Source of the DNA: a virus
Lineage: Duplodnaviria; Caudoviricetes
IMG/VR virus record: IMGVR_UViG_3300048574_000541
Span: 1 to 24,523 of that record
Reading direction: 5' to 3' (one strand)
Length of the DNA stretch: 24,523 bases
The notes beneath the pieces were generated by a model. The model did not search any database, was not told the DNA's origin, and was given only the letters and a program-made list of their open reading frames with translations. The position numbers and the translations under genes are program-made. Positions within the stretch are counted from its first letter, which is position 1. Every line of letters begins with the position of its first letter. Shown in pieces: positions 1 to 8,314 of the stretch.

Positions 1-315
1 ATGGTCGAGGCGGTGAAAAAGCTTGCTGTGGATGAGGGCACGCGCGGCAACATCGGCACCAGGTTCATCCCGCAGGCCATCACCTGGTTGAACCAGCAGC
101 GCTGGGCAGATCATGCTGCCGTCGCGGTGATGCAGCAATCCGCCGCTGCCGAGCGTTTATCTACCAAGGTCCACGTCAAGGCCGATACGCCGCAATGGCG
201 GGCGTGGGCGCAACATCTTGGCCGCGAGCCGCCTCAGGACAGGCATTTCGGCTGGAGTTTCGACTCGGAGTGGCCGCCGGGACATGAGGCTTCCGTTTCG
301 GAAGCTTCACTTTGA
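1..315 (+). CDS. C-terminal part of a phage replication/HTH-type protein (5' truncated by window)
   Basis: Motifs 'FIPQAITWLNQQRW' and 'TPQWRAW...GWSFDSEWPPG' resemble C-termini of alphaproteobacterial phage replication proteins; located upstream of the late regulator. Confidence 0.6.
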   Translation: MVEAVKKLAVDEGTRGNIGTRFIPQAITWLNQQRWADHAAVAVMQQSAAAERLSTKVHVKADTPQWRAWAQHLGREPPQDRHFGWSFDSEWPPGHEASVSEASL

Positions 316-383
316 GGGCCGTAATGATCGGGTTGACGTGGTCACGCGAGTTTATCCGCCACAAACGAGGGACGATTCAGATC

Positions 384-827
384 ATGGTGGGGCGACCGAG
401 AAAAAAAGGATACCGGGCACCTAGCGGCAGGTTCTCACGAGCGGATGAAGAGCCGCCTATGCGTAGGCTGGATGGTGCCATGTTCGAGCCAACGGCAATT
501 TACGTGATGGATGCGCCTCCGCTGGTTAAAATTGGAATTTCGATAAATCCTCATAAACGGATTCGGGGACTGCAAACCTCCAATGGGCAGATCGTTCGGT
601 TGTATTGGTATCGCTGGATGCACGGTCCTGATGCGAAGTTCTTGGAGCAAACGATCCATCGTGAAAGCAAGAACACAGTCGGTCATGCTCATGGAGAATG
701 GTATTATTTCAGCCCAGCAAAGGCGGTTGATCTGATTTTGAATAACCTTCGCAAGCTGGAGCTTTATTCAATCCATGAAGGTCACAATCAGGAAGTGGAG
801 TCATATCCGCTTAGGGTGGCATCATGA
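384..827 (+). CDS. T5orf172/MUG113-like GIY-YIG-superfamily protein
   Basis: IYVM...VKIGISINPHKRIRGLQTSN...LEQTIH...GEWY motif; ATG at 384 with GAGGG upstream (ORF track starts at TTG 312); ATGA overlap with the next gene. Confidence 0.8.
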   Translation: MVGRPRKKGYRAPSGRFSRADEEPPMRRLDGAMFEPTAIYVMDAPPLVKIGISINPHKRIRGLQTSNGQIVRLYWYRWMHGPDAKFLEQTIHRESKNTVGHAHGEWYYFSPAKAVDLILNNLRKLELYSIHEGHNQEVESYPLRVAS

Positions 828-1561
828 AGAGCGGATCAAAAAAGCGGACACCTTACCTGTCGCATGGGTCTGATGGACGCGTCGAATTGGGAAACCGAGT
901 TATCGATGATCCGATGGAGCCGGGCCGAAGATACGAGGCTGCGGCGAATGTCAGGGAATCGTCTATCGATCATATGGCGTCGCGTGGTCGAATTGACGCA
1001 TCGCAGAAGTTGGCTGGCGATCGTTTCCGCAAGTTGTGGGAGATGGCTGCAGTTGGGCAAAACAAAGCGATGGATACCAGCAAGGAGCCTGTAGACGGCG
1101 GCGGGATTGGCGATCCTATTTCGGACGATCTGATCCGCGCTTCACAGGAGCTATCGCGTGTTATGAGCGAACTCGGGCCGGTTGGCTCGAAAATGATGAT
1201 TGCTCTGGTGGGAGAAGGGCAGAGGATCGAAGATGTCGCGGTCAATTGGTCGCAGACTGGAGGCTCTCTCTCTGGTCGAAGGGCTGAGGGGTATGTCTCA
1301 GGCAGGATGATTGAAGCGCTTGACGATCTCGTCAGGTTCTGGAAGCTTGAAAGTGCGCCAATCGCTCCCAACAAGCCGAAAACGTATCGCCGCAACGGAG
1401 AGCTAATCGAAGTTCATGATGACATTCGTTCGTCGGTGGAAGGCTGGACTGGTCCAGCGACAGAAGTCAGCGTCGGTCGATTTGGGGATATCATCGAGAC
1501 CCAAAAGCGTGGACTTGACAGGGGGCCGTTGATGATTCAGTCTTCGGCTAATGGGAAGTGA
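824..1561 (+). CDS. DUF6456-like putative late-gene regulator (Q-position antiterminator/activator)
   Basis: 'SIDHMASRGRIDASQKLAGDRFRKLWE' and 'VDGGG' motifs plus a C-terminal HTH-like segment; occupies the Q position just before the late operon. Confidence 0.6.
   Translation: MKSGSKKRTPYLSHGSDGRVELGNRVIDDPMEPGRRYEAAANVRESSIDHMASRGRIDASQKLAGDRFRKLWEMAAVGQNKAMDTSKEPVDGGGIGDPISDDLIRASQELSRVMSELGPVGSKMMIALVGEGQRIEDVAVNWSQTGGSLSGRRAEGYVSGRMIEALDDLVRFWKLESAPIAPNKPKTYRRNGELIEVHDDIRSSVEGWTGPATEVSVGRFGDIIETQKRGLDRGPLMIQSSANGK
1515..1543 (+). promoter_or_regulatory. Putative late promoter (pR'-like), TTGACA-17 bp-CAGTCT
   Basis: Perfect -35 TTGACA at 1515-1520, 17 bp spacer, -10 retaining -11A and -7T; lies in the last codons of the regulator gene just before terminators. 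Confidence 0.5.
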
Positions 1562-1568
1562 TTTGCCC

Positions 1569-1602
1569 AAACCGCCGCAGAGCTATCTGTCGGCGGTTTT
1601 TT
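1569..1602 (+). terminator. Intrinsic terminator 1 of the late leader
   Basis: AAACCGCCG-CAGA..TCTG-T-CGGCGGTTT stem followed by a T-run. Confidence 0.75.
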
Positions 1603-1619
1603 AATGCAGATGCAGAATT

Positions 1620-1650
1620 GCGCCCGCCGGGATGACAGAGCGGGCGTTTT
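1620..1650 (+). terminator. Hairpin/weak terminator 2 of the late leader
   Basis: GCGCCCGC...GCGGGCGT stem followed by TTT. Confidence 0.5.
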
Positions 1651-1657
1651 CATATCC

Positions 1658-1695
1658 AGCCCGCCCGGTCGTTTGATCGCGGCGGGTTTTGTTTT
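1658..1695 (+). terminator. Intrinsic terminator 3 of the late leader
   Basis: AGCCCGCC-CGGTC..GATCG-C-GGCGGGTT stem followed by TTGTTTT. Confidence 0.6.
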
Positions 1696-1708
1696 GGGGA
1701 AAGCTCTA

Positions 1709-2104
1709 ATGTCCGTTGGAAGGCCGACAGATTTCAAGCCCGCCATGGGCGATGAGATACTGTCCCTCATGTCGGAAGGGCTTTCGCTCGCTGCATCGGC
1801 CGCTGTGATCGGCATCCATAGGCAGCGCGTCTATGAGTGGATGGAGCGGCATCCTGAATTTGCGGACACTGTAAAGCTGGCACAGGTCAAACGGCAGCTA
1901 TTTCTTGAGCGCAGGTTGCTGTCGGCCGACACAGGACCGGTGGTTACGTCCACCATTTTTGCGTTGAAGAACGCCGGTCCGGAAGATTGGCGTGACAAGG
2001 TCTCGCAGGAGTTCTCCGGTCCTGACGGTGGCCCGATCCAGCACAACGTCACGCACATCGAGCTTGTTCCATTGACCTCCGGTGATGACGAAAACACGGA
2101 TTGA
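1709..2104 (+). CDS. terS: Terminase small subunit
   Basis: N-terminal 'GRPTDF' plus HTH, 'IFALKN...WRDK', 'SGPDGGPI' motifs; directly upstream of terL; ATG 1709 preferred over 1604. Confidence 0.85.
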   Translation: MSVGRPTDFKPAMGDEILSLMSEGLSLAASAAVIGIHRQRVYEWMERHPEFADTVKLAQVKRQLFLERRLLSADTGPVVTSTIFALKNAGPEDWRDKVSQEFSGPDGGPIQHNVTHIELVPLTSGDDENTD

Positions 2105-3392
2105 ACTGCCGCCAAAGCTCATTCCTGTATTCCATGGCGAGGCGGACGTTCGTGGCGCACATGGCGGACGCGGATCGGCAAAGACCAGAAGCTTCGCCAA
2201 GATGACCGCGGTGCGCGCGTTTATGTGGGACGCGGCCGGGCGCGAGGGCGTCATACTTTGCGGCCGTCAGTACATGAACTCGCTGGCGGATTCGTCGCTG
2301 GAGGAGATCAAGGCGGCGATCCGGTCGGAAGCGTGGTTGCTGCCTCACTTCGAGATCGGAGAAAAGTACATCAGGACCAGGAGCGGCCGCATTTCATATG
2401 CGTTCGCCGGTCTTGATCTGAGTATCGATAGCATCAAGTCGAAGGCTCGGATCCTGCTCTGCTGGGTCGATGAGGCGGAGCCGGTGACCGACTCGGCCTG
2501 GACCACCCTGATTCCGACGCTGCGAGAGGAAGACAGCGAGCTTTGGGTGACTTGGAATCCAAAGAGCAGAAAGAGCGCGACGCACAAGAGGTTTCGCGAG
2601 GTCAGCGACCCTCGATACAAGGTCGTCGAGATGAACTGGCGCGACAATCCGCGCTTCCCCGCCAAGCTGGAGCGAGACAGGCAGCGCGACATTCGCGACA
2701 GGCCGGAACAGGTTGACCATATCTGGGAAGGTGGCTTCGTGACGGTTGTTGAGGGCGCGTACTTCGCCAAGTACCTGCTCGAGGCAAAGGAGCAAGGTCG
2801 GATTGGACGTGTCGCGTTTGATCCTCTGTTGCGGGTCAAGGTATTTTGCGATCTCGGCGGCACCGGCGCCCGTGCTGACGCTTTCACGATGTGGCCGGCG
2901 CAATTCGTCGGCCGTGAGATCAGGACTCGCAACTATTACGAGGCGCAGGGCCAGCCGCTCGCAACACATATCGAATGGCTGCACTCAAAAGGATATTCGC
3001 CCAAGCGGGCGGACATCGTTCTCCCGCACGACGGCGAGACGAACGACCGCGTGATTGACGTTTCGTTCGAGAGCGCGTTCCGCGACGCCGGCTACGACGT
3101 GACTGTCATTCCAAATCAGGGAAAGGGGGCCGCCAAGATGCGAATTGAATCGGCGCGTCGTCTGTTCCCATCGATCTGGTTTGATGAGGAAAGCACAACG
3201 GCCGGCCGTGACGCGCTTGGCTGGTATCACGAGAAGAAATCCGAAGATGATAGGAACATCGGGCTCGGGCCAAACCATGATTGGTCGAGCCACGCGAGCG
3301 ATGGATTCGGACTGATGTGCGTGGCTTATGAGCCGCCGAACGACGAACCCGTGAGGCGTCGTCGACAATCCTCGGGCTGGATGAGCGCATAA
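2082..3392 (+). CDS. terL: Terminase large subunit, PBSX/Terminase_3 type
   Basis: Walker A GGRGSAKT, Walker B CWVDEAE, 'WNP', 'LPHDG' and C-terminal 'HDWSSHASDGF' nuclease motifs. Confidence 0.95.
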   Translation: MMTKTRIELPPKLIPVFHGEADVRGAHGGRGSAKTRSFAKMTAVRAFMWDAAGREGVILCGRQYMNSLADSSLEEIKAAIRSEAWLLPHFEIGEKYIRTRSGRISYAFAGLDLSIDSIKSKARILLCWVDEAEPVTDSAWTTLIPTLREEDSELWVTWNPKSRKSATHKRFREVSDPRYKVVEMNWRDNPRFPAKLERDRQRDIRDRPEQVDHIWEGGFVTVVEGAYFAKYLLEAKEQGRIGRVAFDPLLRVKVFCDLGGTGARADAFTMWPAQFVGREIRTRNYYEAQGQPLATHIEWLHSKGYSPKRADIVLPHDGETNDRVIDVSFESAFRDAGYDVTVIPNQGKGAAKMRIESARRLFPSIWFDEESTTAGRDALGWYHEKKSEDDRNIGLGPNHDWSSHASDGFGLMCVAYEPPNDEPVRRRRQSSGWMSA

Positions 3393-3395
3393 TTC

Positions 3396-5633
3396 ATGTC
3401 AGATGAAGCATTGGACAACGTCGGCGGCGATTCCGGCGAACGCAAAGCCGTGTCCAAATCTGACTGGGATGACGTTCACGCGCGGGCTATGGAGGAGTAT
3501 GCGCGTGATTATGAGCATGATCGCCGTAACATCGAAATGGCTTATGCCGACTTGGCATTCCGCCGCGGCGAGATTGAGGACCAGTGGGACCCGCAGGCGC
3601 TGAAAGCGCGTCAAGGCCGCCCAACGCATGTGCTCAATCAGATACCGCAGTTTGTCCGGCAGGTGACCGGCGACATGCGGCAGGCAAAGCCTGGGATCAA
3701 GGTCATCCCGGTTGATAGCGTGGCCGATCCAAAGACCGCCGACGTTCTGGCTGGCATGGTCCGCTACATTGAGAACAGGTCTTACGCGCAAAGCGTCTAC
3801 ACGCAGGCCGCCGACAGTCAGGTGACATGCGGGGTCGGCCATTGGCGCGTCACCACGGAATACGCGAGTTCGACGACGTTCAATCAGGAGATCAGAATTG
3901 CATCAATCAGCGATGGCGTAGCGGTTATCTGGGATGCTGATGCTATCCTGCCGACACGCGAAGATGCCATGCACGTCTTTGTGCCGGTCGATATGTCCCG
4001 CGAAAAGTTCAAGCAGCAGTGGCAGAACGCGCGATATGAGGGTTTTGAGATCAAAGAAGGCCAGCCATTCTATGACTGGCACGGCGACGATTTTATCCGC
4101 GTAGCGGAATACTGGGTCAAGAGGCCGGTCAAGCGGCTGCTAGTGATGGCCCCGGACGGCGCTGTCAGCGACCTGACGGATACCGTCAAGGACCAGCCGA
4201 AAGAAGCTATTGAAGCTTATATTGCGCAGGTTCAACAGATGGGTGGCCGCGCGGAGTGGCGCGATAGCTTCAAGGTTGTTCAATACAAGATCACCTGCGC
4301 GGAGGTCTTGGAAGAGAACGAGTGGCCGGGACTGCATATCCCGATTGTGCCGATCTTGGGCGAGGAGGTTTGCATCGGGCGCAACACCTATCGCCATGGC
4401 ATGGTTAGGTACGCCAAAGAACCGCAGCGCATGTTAAACTATTACGCCTCGGCGGAAACAGAGGTGATCGCGTTGCAGCCGAAAGCGCCGTGGATCGGCA
4501 CGCGCAAGATGTTCGAGAAGAACTACGATATCTGGGAGACGGCGAATACCGAGAACCATCCATTCCTAGAATACACGCCGGATGGGGCCGCGCCCAGCGG
4601 TCCGCAGCGCGTGCAGCCTCCCGTTGCCTCGCAGGCCATTCAGCTAGGGCGACAGCAGGCTTCTGACAGCATCCGCGCAGTGATCGGCATCTATGATGCA
4701 TCACTCGGTGCGAAATCGAACGAGACCAGCGGCATTGCCATTCGCCGCCGTGAATCTCAGGCTGATACCGGAACGTTTGTCTATCACGCAAACTTCTCGC
4801 TCGGCATCCAGCGCACCGGCCAGATTATCGTTGATCTCATTCCGCACATCTACGATTCGCGGCGCACCGTCCGGATTGTCGGCTTCGACGGGAAGCAGGA
4901 AACAACGGACATTAACAAGCCTACGCTGAAAGATGGCAGCGAGATTGTCGAAAACGATGTGACGGCAGGGTCGTATGACGTCGTGATGGTTGCCGGTCCG
5001 AGCTACGCCACGCGCAGGCAAGAGGCGAGCGACGGGATTACCGCATTCCTGCAAGCGTATCCCGCCGCCGCACCTGTGCTCGGAGATATCTACGCCAAGA
5101 TGCAGGATTGGCCGGACGCAGAGGAAATTGGCGAACGTCTCGAAACGCTGTTGCCGCCTGCGATCAAGGCGCAGTTGAAACAGCGCCAGCAGGAGACGGG
5201 CGCGAATCCGGAGCCGCCGACGCCGGAAGAACAGCAGGCCGCGCAGGAAGCCCAGATCAAGCAGCGCGCCGTCATGATTGAGCTTGAAGGCAAGGAGCTG
5301 GATAACCAGCAGAAGAAGGTCAATATAGCCGCCAAGGCGCAGGAGGTTCAAAACCCCGGCATCGCCGATCAGTCCGCCGCGATCAAGGCTCATGCCGAGA
5401 TAGCGAGGGCCGAGAACGATGCGCGCATGGCTGAACTTGAATATCAGGCAAAGAAGATCGAACTTGAGCAAAAGCAGCGCATGGCTGCGGTCGAGCTTGA
5501 AATCAAGATGGTCGAGCTTGATGCAAAGCGGGCTGGCGTTATGCATTCGCGCGAGCGTCACGAAACACAGATGTATCACGACGCTGAGCGTCATGTGCAG
5601 GAGCAGGAACGCGAGTTAGAGCCTGCCGAATAG
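3396..5633 (+). CDS. P22-like portal protein
   Basis: 745 aa directly after terL; 'QW...GRP...N.I', 'GMVRYAKEPQRMLNY', 'SNETSGIAI' motifs; Q/E/K-rich C-terminal coiled coil like the P22 portal barrel. Confidence 0.93.
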   Translation: MSDEALDNVGGDSGERKAVSKSDWDDVHARAMEEYARDYEHDRRNIEMAYADLAFRRGEIEDQWDPQALKARQGRPTHVLNQIPQFVRQVTGDMRQAKPGIKVIPVDSVADPKTADVLAGMVRYIENRSYAQSVYTQAADSQVTCGVGHWRVTTEYASSTTFNQEIRIASISDGVAVIWDADAILPTREDAMHVFVPVDMSREKFKQQWQNARYEGFEIKEGQPFYDWHGDDFIRVAEYWVKRPVKRLLVMAPDGAVSDLTDTVKDQPKEAIEAYIAQVQQMGGRAEWRDSFKVVQYKITCAEVLEENEWPGLHIPIVPILGEEVCIGRNTYRHGMVRYAKEPQRMLNYYASAETEVIALQPKAPWIGTRKMFEKNYDIWETANTENHPFLEYTPDGAAPSGPQRVQPPVASQAIQLGRQQASDSIRAVIGIYDASLGAKSNETSGIAIRRRESQADTGTFVYHANFSLGIQRTGQIIVDLIPHIYDSRRTVRIVGFDGKQETTDINKPTLKDGSEIVENDVTAGSYDVVMVAGPSYATRRQEASDGITAFLQAYPAAAPVLGDIYAKMQDWPDAEEIGERLETLLPPAIKAQLKQRQQETGANPEPPTPEEQQAAQEAQIKQRAVMIELEGKELDNQQKKVNIAAKAQEVQNPGIADQSAAIKAHAEIARAENDARMAELEYQAKKIELEQKQRMAAVELEIKMVELDAKRAGVMHSRERHETQMYHDAERHVQEQERELEPAE

Positions 5634-5678
5634 GTCATCCGATGGCTGGCGCATGATGCGCCGGACGCGATGAGAGCA

Positions 5679-5699
5679 CCGCCTTCGGGCGGCTTTTTT
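5679..5699 (+). terminator. Intrinsic terminator/hairpin between portal and scaffold
   Basis: CCGCC-TTCG-GGCGG (cUUCGg tetraloop) followed by CTTTTTT. Confidence 0.65.
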
Positions 5700-5711
5700 A
5701 TGGAAAAACCA

Positions 5712-6542
5712 ATGGCTGACGAAACCACGCTGGCGGCATCGCCGGGCGATGAAATCGTGAATCTCGATCAGGCGGAAGAAACCTCGACGGGGGTTGAAAT
5801 CAAGCCTGACGATACGGAATCGGAAAAGGCGGAAAGCGCTGGCGACAATGCCGGTGATGATGCCGGTGCCGATGATGACAAGCCAAAGAAGCTATCCGGT
5901 TCTCGCCGCGAGAAACTTCGCAATGAGGTATTGCGGCGCGAGAATGCCGCGCTGATGGAGCGCCTTGAGCAGATTGAGCGCGCGCAGAAGGAAAGTCAGG
6001 CGGGAGCGGATAGAGAGCCGCAGGAAGCCGATTTTAACGGCGATATCTTCGCCTATGAGCGGGCAATCAACGCCTACAACACGCGGAAGATTATCCGTGA
6101 GGAAAATTCGCTGGCGGATCAGCGCCGGTCGGAAGCACAGCGAAACGACACATGGCGAGATGCTGTTGTTGCTCATGAGGAGCGCGTCGAGGAAGCGCGA
6201 GATAGCATCACTGACTATGACCAGATTTTGGCGTCATCGCGAACGCCGGTTAATCCGGAAGTAGGTCGTGAGATTATCGCGTCCGACAAGAGCGCTTTGC
6301 TTTCGTACTACCTCGCCAAAAACCCTGACAAGTTGCAGGCACTGAACGGAATGACCGGAAAGGAGCTGGCTCGCGAGATCGGCCGGCTTGAAGGCGCTGT
6401 TCGGATGCCCGCGTCAAATCGCAAAACCAATGCTCCGTCTCCGATCCAGCCTTTGAAGGGTGGCGCAGCGCCTGCATTCGATCCGTCGAAGTTGTCGATG
6501 GAAGATTACATCGCAAAGCGAACTTCAGGTTGGAGCGGCTAG
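5712..6542 (+). CDS. Capsid scaffolding protein
   Basis: Acidic disordered N-terminus, coiled coil, 'YYLAKNP', 'REIGRLE', C-terminal 'LSMEDYIAKR'; between portal and coat; ATG 5712 after GGAAAA. Confidence 0.85.
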   Translation: MADETTLAASPGDEIVNLDQAEETSTGVEIKPDDTESEKAESAGDNAGDDAGADDDKPKKLSGSRREKLRNEVLRRENAALMERLEQIERAQKESQAGADREPQEADFNGDIFAYERAINAYNTRKIIREENSLADQRRSEAQRNDTWRDAVVAHEERVEEARDSITDYDQILASSRTPVNPEVGREIIASDKSALLSYYLAKNPDKLQALNGMTGKELAREIGRLEGAVRMPASNRKTNAPSPIQPLKGGAAPAFDPSKLSMEDYIAKRTSGWSG

Positions 6543-6630
6543 GGGCCGATCCAAACCAGCTTGCCCGTCGTGATGACGCGCAGCCCAGAGCGGCACGCAG
6601 TGATGCGCCCCGCCAGAAGGACCTTAAAAC

Positions 6631-7887
6631 ATGGCTACCAATACCACTCTGACCGCCGATATCATCGCCAAAGAGGCGTTGATGCATCTCGACAACAACC
6701 TTGTGTTCGCGAAGCAGGTTTATCGCGGATACGAAAACGAGTTCTCCAAGAAGGTCAACGGCTACGAAGTGGGTGAAACCATTTCGATTCGCCGCCCGAC
6801 TGACTTCACGGTTCGCACCAACGCCACCATGGCGACGCAGGATGTGACCGAGGGCAAGGTTGCGCTGACCGTCAATCAGCGCCGCGGCGTGGACTTTGAG
6901 TTCACCTCGCAGGACCTGACCCTCAATATCGGTGAACTTGGCGAGCGTGTCATCAAGCCTGCAATGATCCAGCTTGCGAACTCTGTCGATACGTTCCTGT
7001 CGGGAATGTATGCCAGCGTTCCGAACTGGGTCGGCACCTCGACGAAGAAAATCGGTTCTTATGCCGACTTCGCCAAGGCTCCGGAGCGTCTTGACGAATT
7101 GGCCGTCCCGCAGGACACCCGTTCTGCCATCCTGTCTCCGTCGGATCATTGGGCTTTGCTAGGCTCCCAGACCAGTCTCTACATTCAGGATGCTGCGAAG
7201 GGCGCTTATCGCAAGGGATCGCTTGGCGAGATCGGCGGCGTTGACACTCTGATGTCTCAGAACGTGTTGACGCATACCGCTGGCACTCGCACCAACGGCG
7301 CGGTTGACCAGTCGCTGACGACGTCGACTGTCAGCTATGCGACCGTCAAGGATACGATGACTCAGACCATTCATATGGATGGTCTCGGCACGACCAAGAC
7401 CGTCAAGAAGGGTGACGTGTTCACCATCGCCGACGTGTACGCCGTCAATCCGGTGACCAAAGCGCCGCTCCCGTTCCTGAAACAGTTCGTTGTCGTGTCG
7501 GATGTTTCCTCTGACGCGGTGACGACTGGCGACGCGGATGTCGTCGTGTATCCGGCCCTGATCTGGACCGGTGCATTCCAGAACGTGGCGGTTACGTCGG
7601 GCGTCACCGATCTAAATGACAAGGTGGTAACCTGGTTCTCGGCAGCGGGCGCCCAGGATCGTCAGAACCTGGTGTTCCACAAGAACGCCTTCGCTCTGGT
7701 GATGGTCCCGCTTGTCAAGCCGCCGGGCGCGGTTGACGTGTCTCGCCAGTCCTACAAGGGGACCAGCGTCCGCGTCATCCCGGTCTATGATGGCACGAAC
7801 GACGTATCCAAGTGGCGTCTGGATATCCTGTTCGGTGGTACTGCCATCGATCCGCGTCTTGCCACGCGCATCAATGGCTCAGCCTGA
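6631..7887 (+). CDS. Major capsid protein, P22 gp5 coat family
   Basis: 'GETISIRRP', 'IKPAMIQLAN', 'KKGDVFTIADVYAVNPVTK', 'QNLVFHKNAFALV', 'RLDILFG' coat motifs. Confidence 0.95.
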   Translation: MATNTTLTADIIAKEALMHLDNNLVFAKQVYRGYENEFSKKVNGYEVGETISIRRPTDFTVRTNATMATQDVTEGKVALTVNQRRGVDFEFTSQDLTLNIGELGERVIKPAMIQLANSVDTFLSGMYASVPNWVGTSTKKIGSYADFAKAPERLDELAVPQDTRSAILSPSDHWALLGSQTSLYIQDAAKGAYRKGSLGEIGGVDTLMSQNVLTHTAGTRTNGAVDQSLTTSTVSYATVKDTMTQTIHMDGLGTTKTVKKGDVFTIADVYAVNPVTKAPLPFLKQFVVVSDVSSDAVTTGDADVVVYPALIWTGAFQNVAVTSGVTDLNDKVVTWFSAAGAQDRQNLVFHKNAFALVMVPLVKPPGAVDVSRQSYKGTSVRVIPVYDGTNDVSKWRLDILFGGTAIDPRLATRINGSA

Positions 7888-7903
7888 TCATCATGTTGCC
7901 AAC

Positions 7904-7927
7904 GGCGGCGGCCTACGGGCCGCTGCC
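7904..7927 (+). other. Stable hairpin after the coat gene (cUACGg loop, no U-tract)
   Basis: GGCGGCGGCC-TACG-GGCCGCTGCC; probably stabilises mRNA or partially attenuates. Confidence 0.55.
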
Positions 7928-7945
7928 TATCTATGAGGGCGCGCT

Positions 7946-8314
7946 ATGTCAAAAACCGCAGATGATCTAATCTATGAGGCGGCTGGTATCCTTGGCCGGC
8001 ACGTTGTCGGCGAGGCACTTGGTGATGTTGAATATCAGACCATCAGCAATCAGGTGGACAATGCTCTCGCGACGGTCGGAGATATCGTTTACCTGGACAG
8101 GGACGATATTCCAGACAGGTTGTTTAACGCTGTTGCTGACATAGTTGCGGCGTTATCAGCGGCAAAATTCAGTCAGTCGAAGGTTGACCCGGCGTCGATA
8201 GAGGTGCTGGAAGATCGGCTGCGCTATCTTGTTGCCCCGAGTCGCACGCGCAACACACTGCGGATTGATCCGGCGTTCGGACCATACCGGCGCAATTACT
8301 ACGGCGGGCGCTGA
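7946..8314 (+). CDS. Head-to-tail adaptor (P22 gp4 position)
   Basis: 122 aa helical protein between coat and gp10-like gene; GAGG RBS; TGATG coupling to the next gene. Confidence 0.7.
   Translation: MSKTADDLIYEAAGILGRHVVGEALGDVEYQTISNQVDNALATVGDIVYLDRDDIPDRLFNAVADIVAALSAAKFSQSKVDPASIEVLEDRLRYLVAPSRTRNTLRIDPAFGPYRRNYYGGR

Noticed and set aside
4701-5594. 297 aa minus-strand ORF inside the portal gene
   Set aside because: Antisense shadow of a GC-rich, codon-biased gene; no recognisable motifs
6274-7149. 291 aa minus-strand ORF across scaffold and coat
   Set aside because: Overlaps two confident structural genes; composition typical of a shadow ORF
7885-7965. Possible stop read-through or frameshift extension of the coat protein
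   Set aside because: The in-frame continuation is short and featureless, and no slippery heptamer is evident
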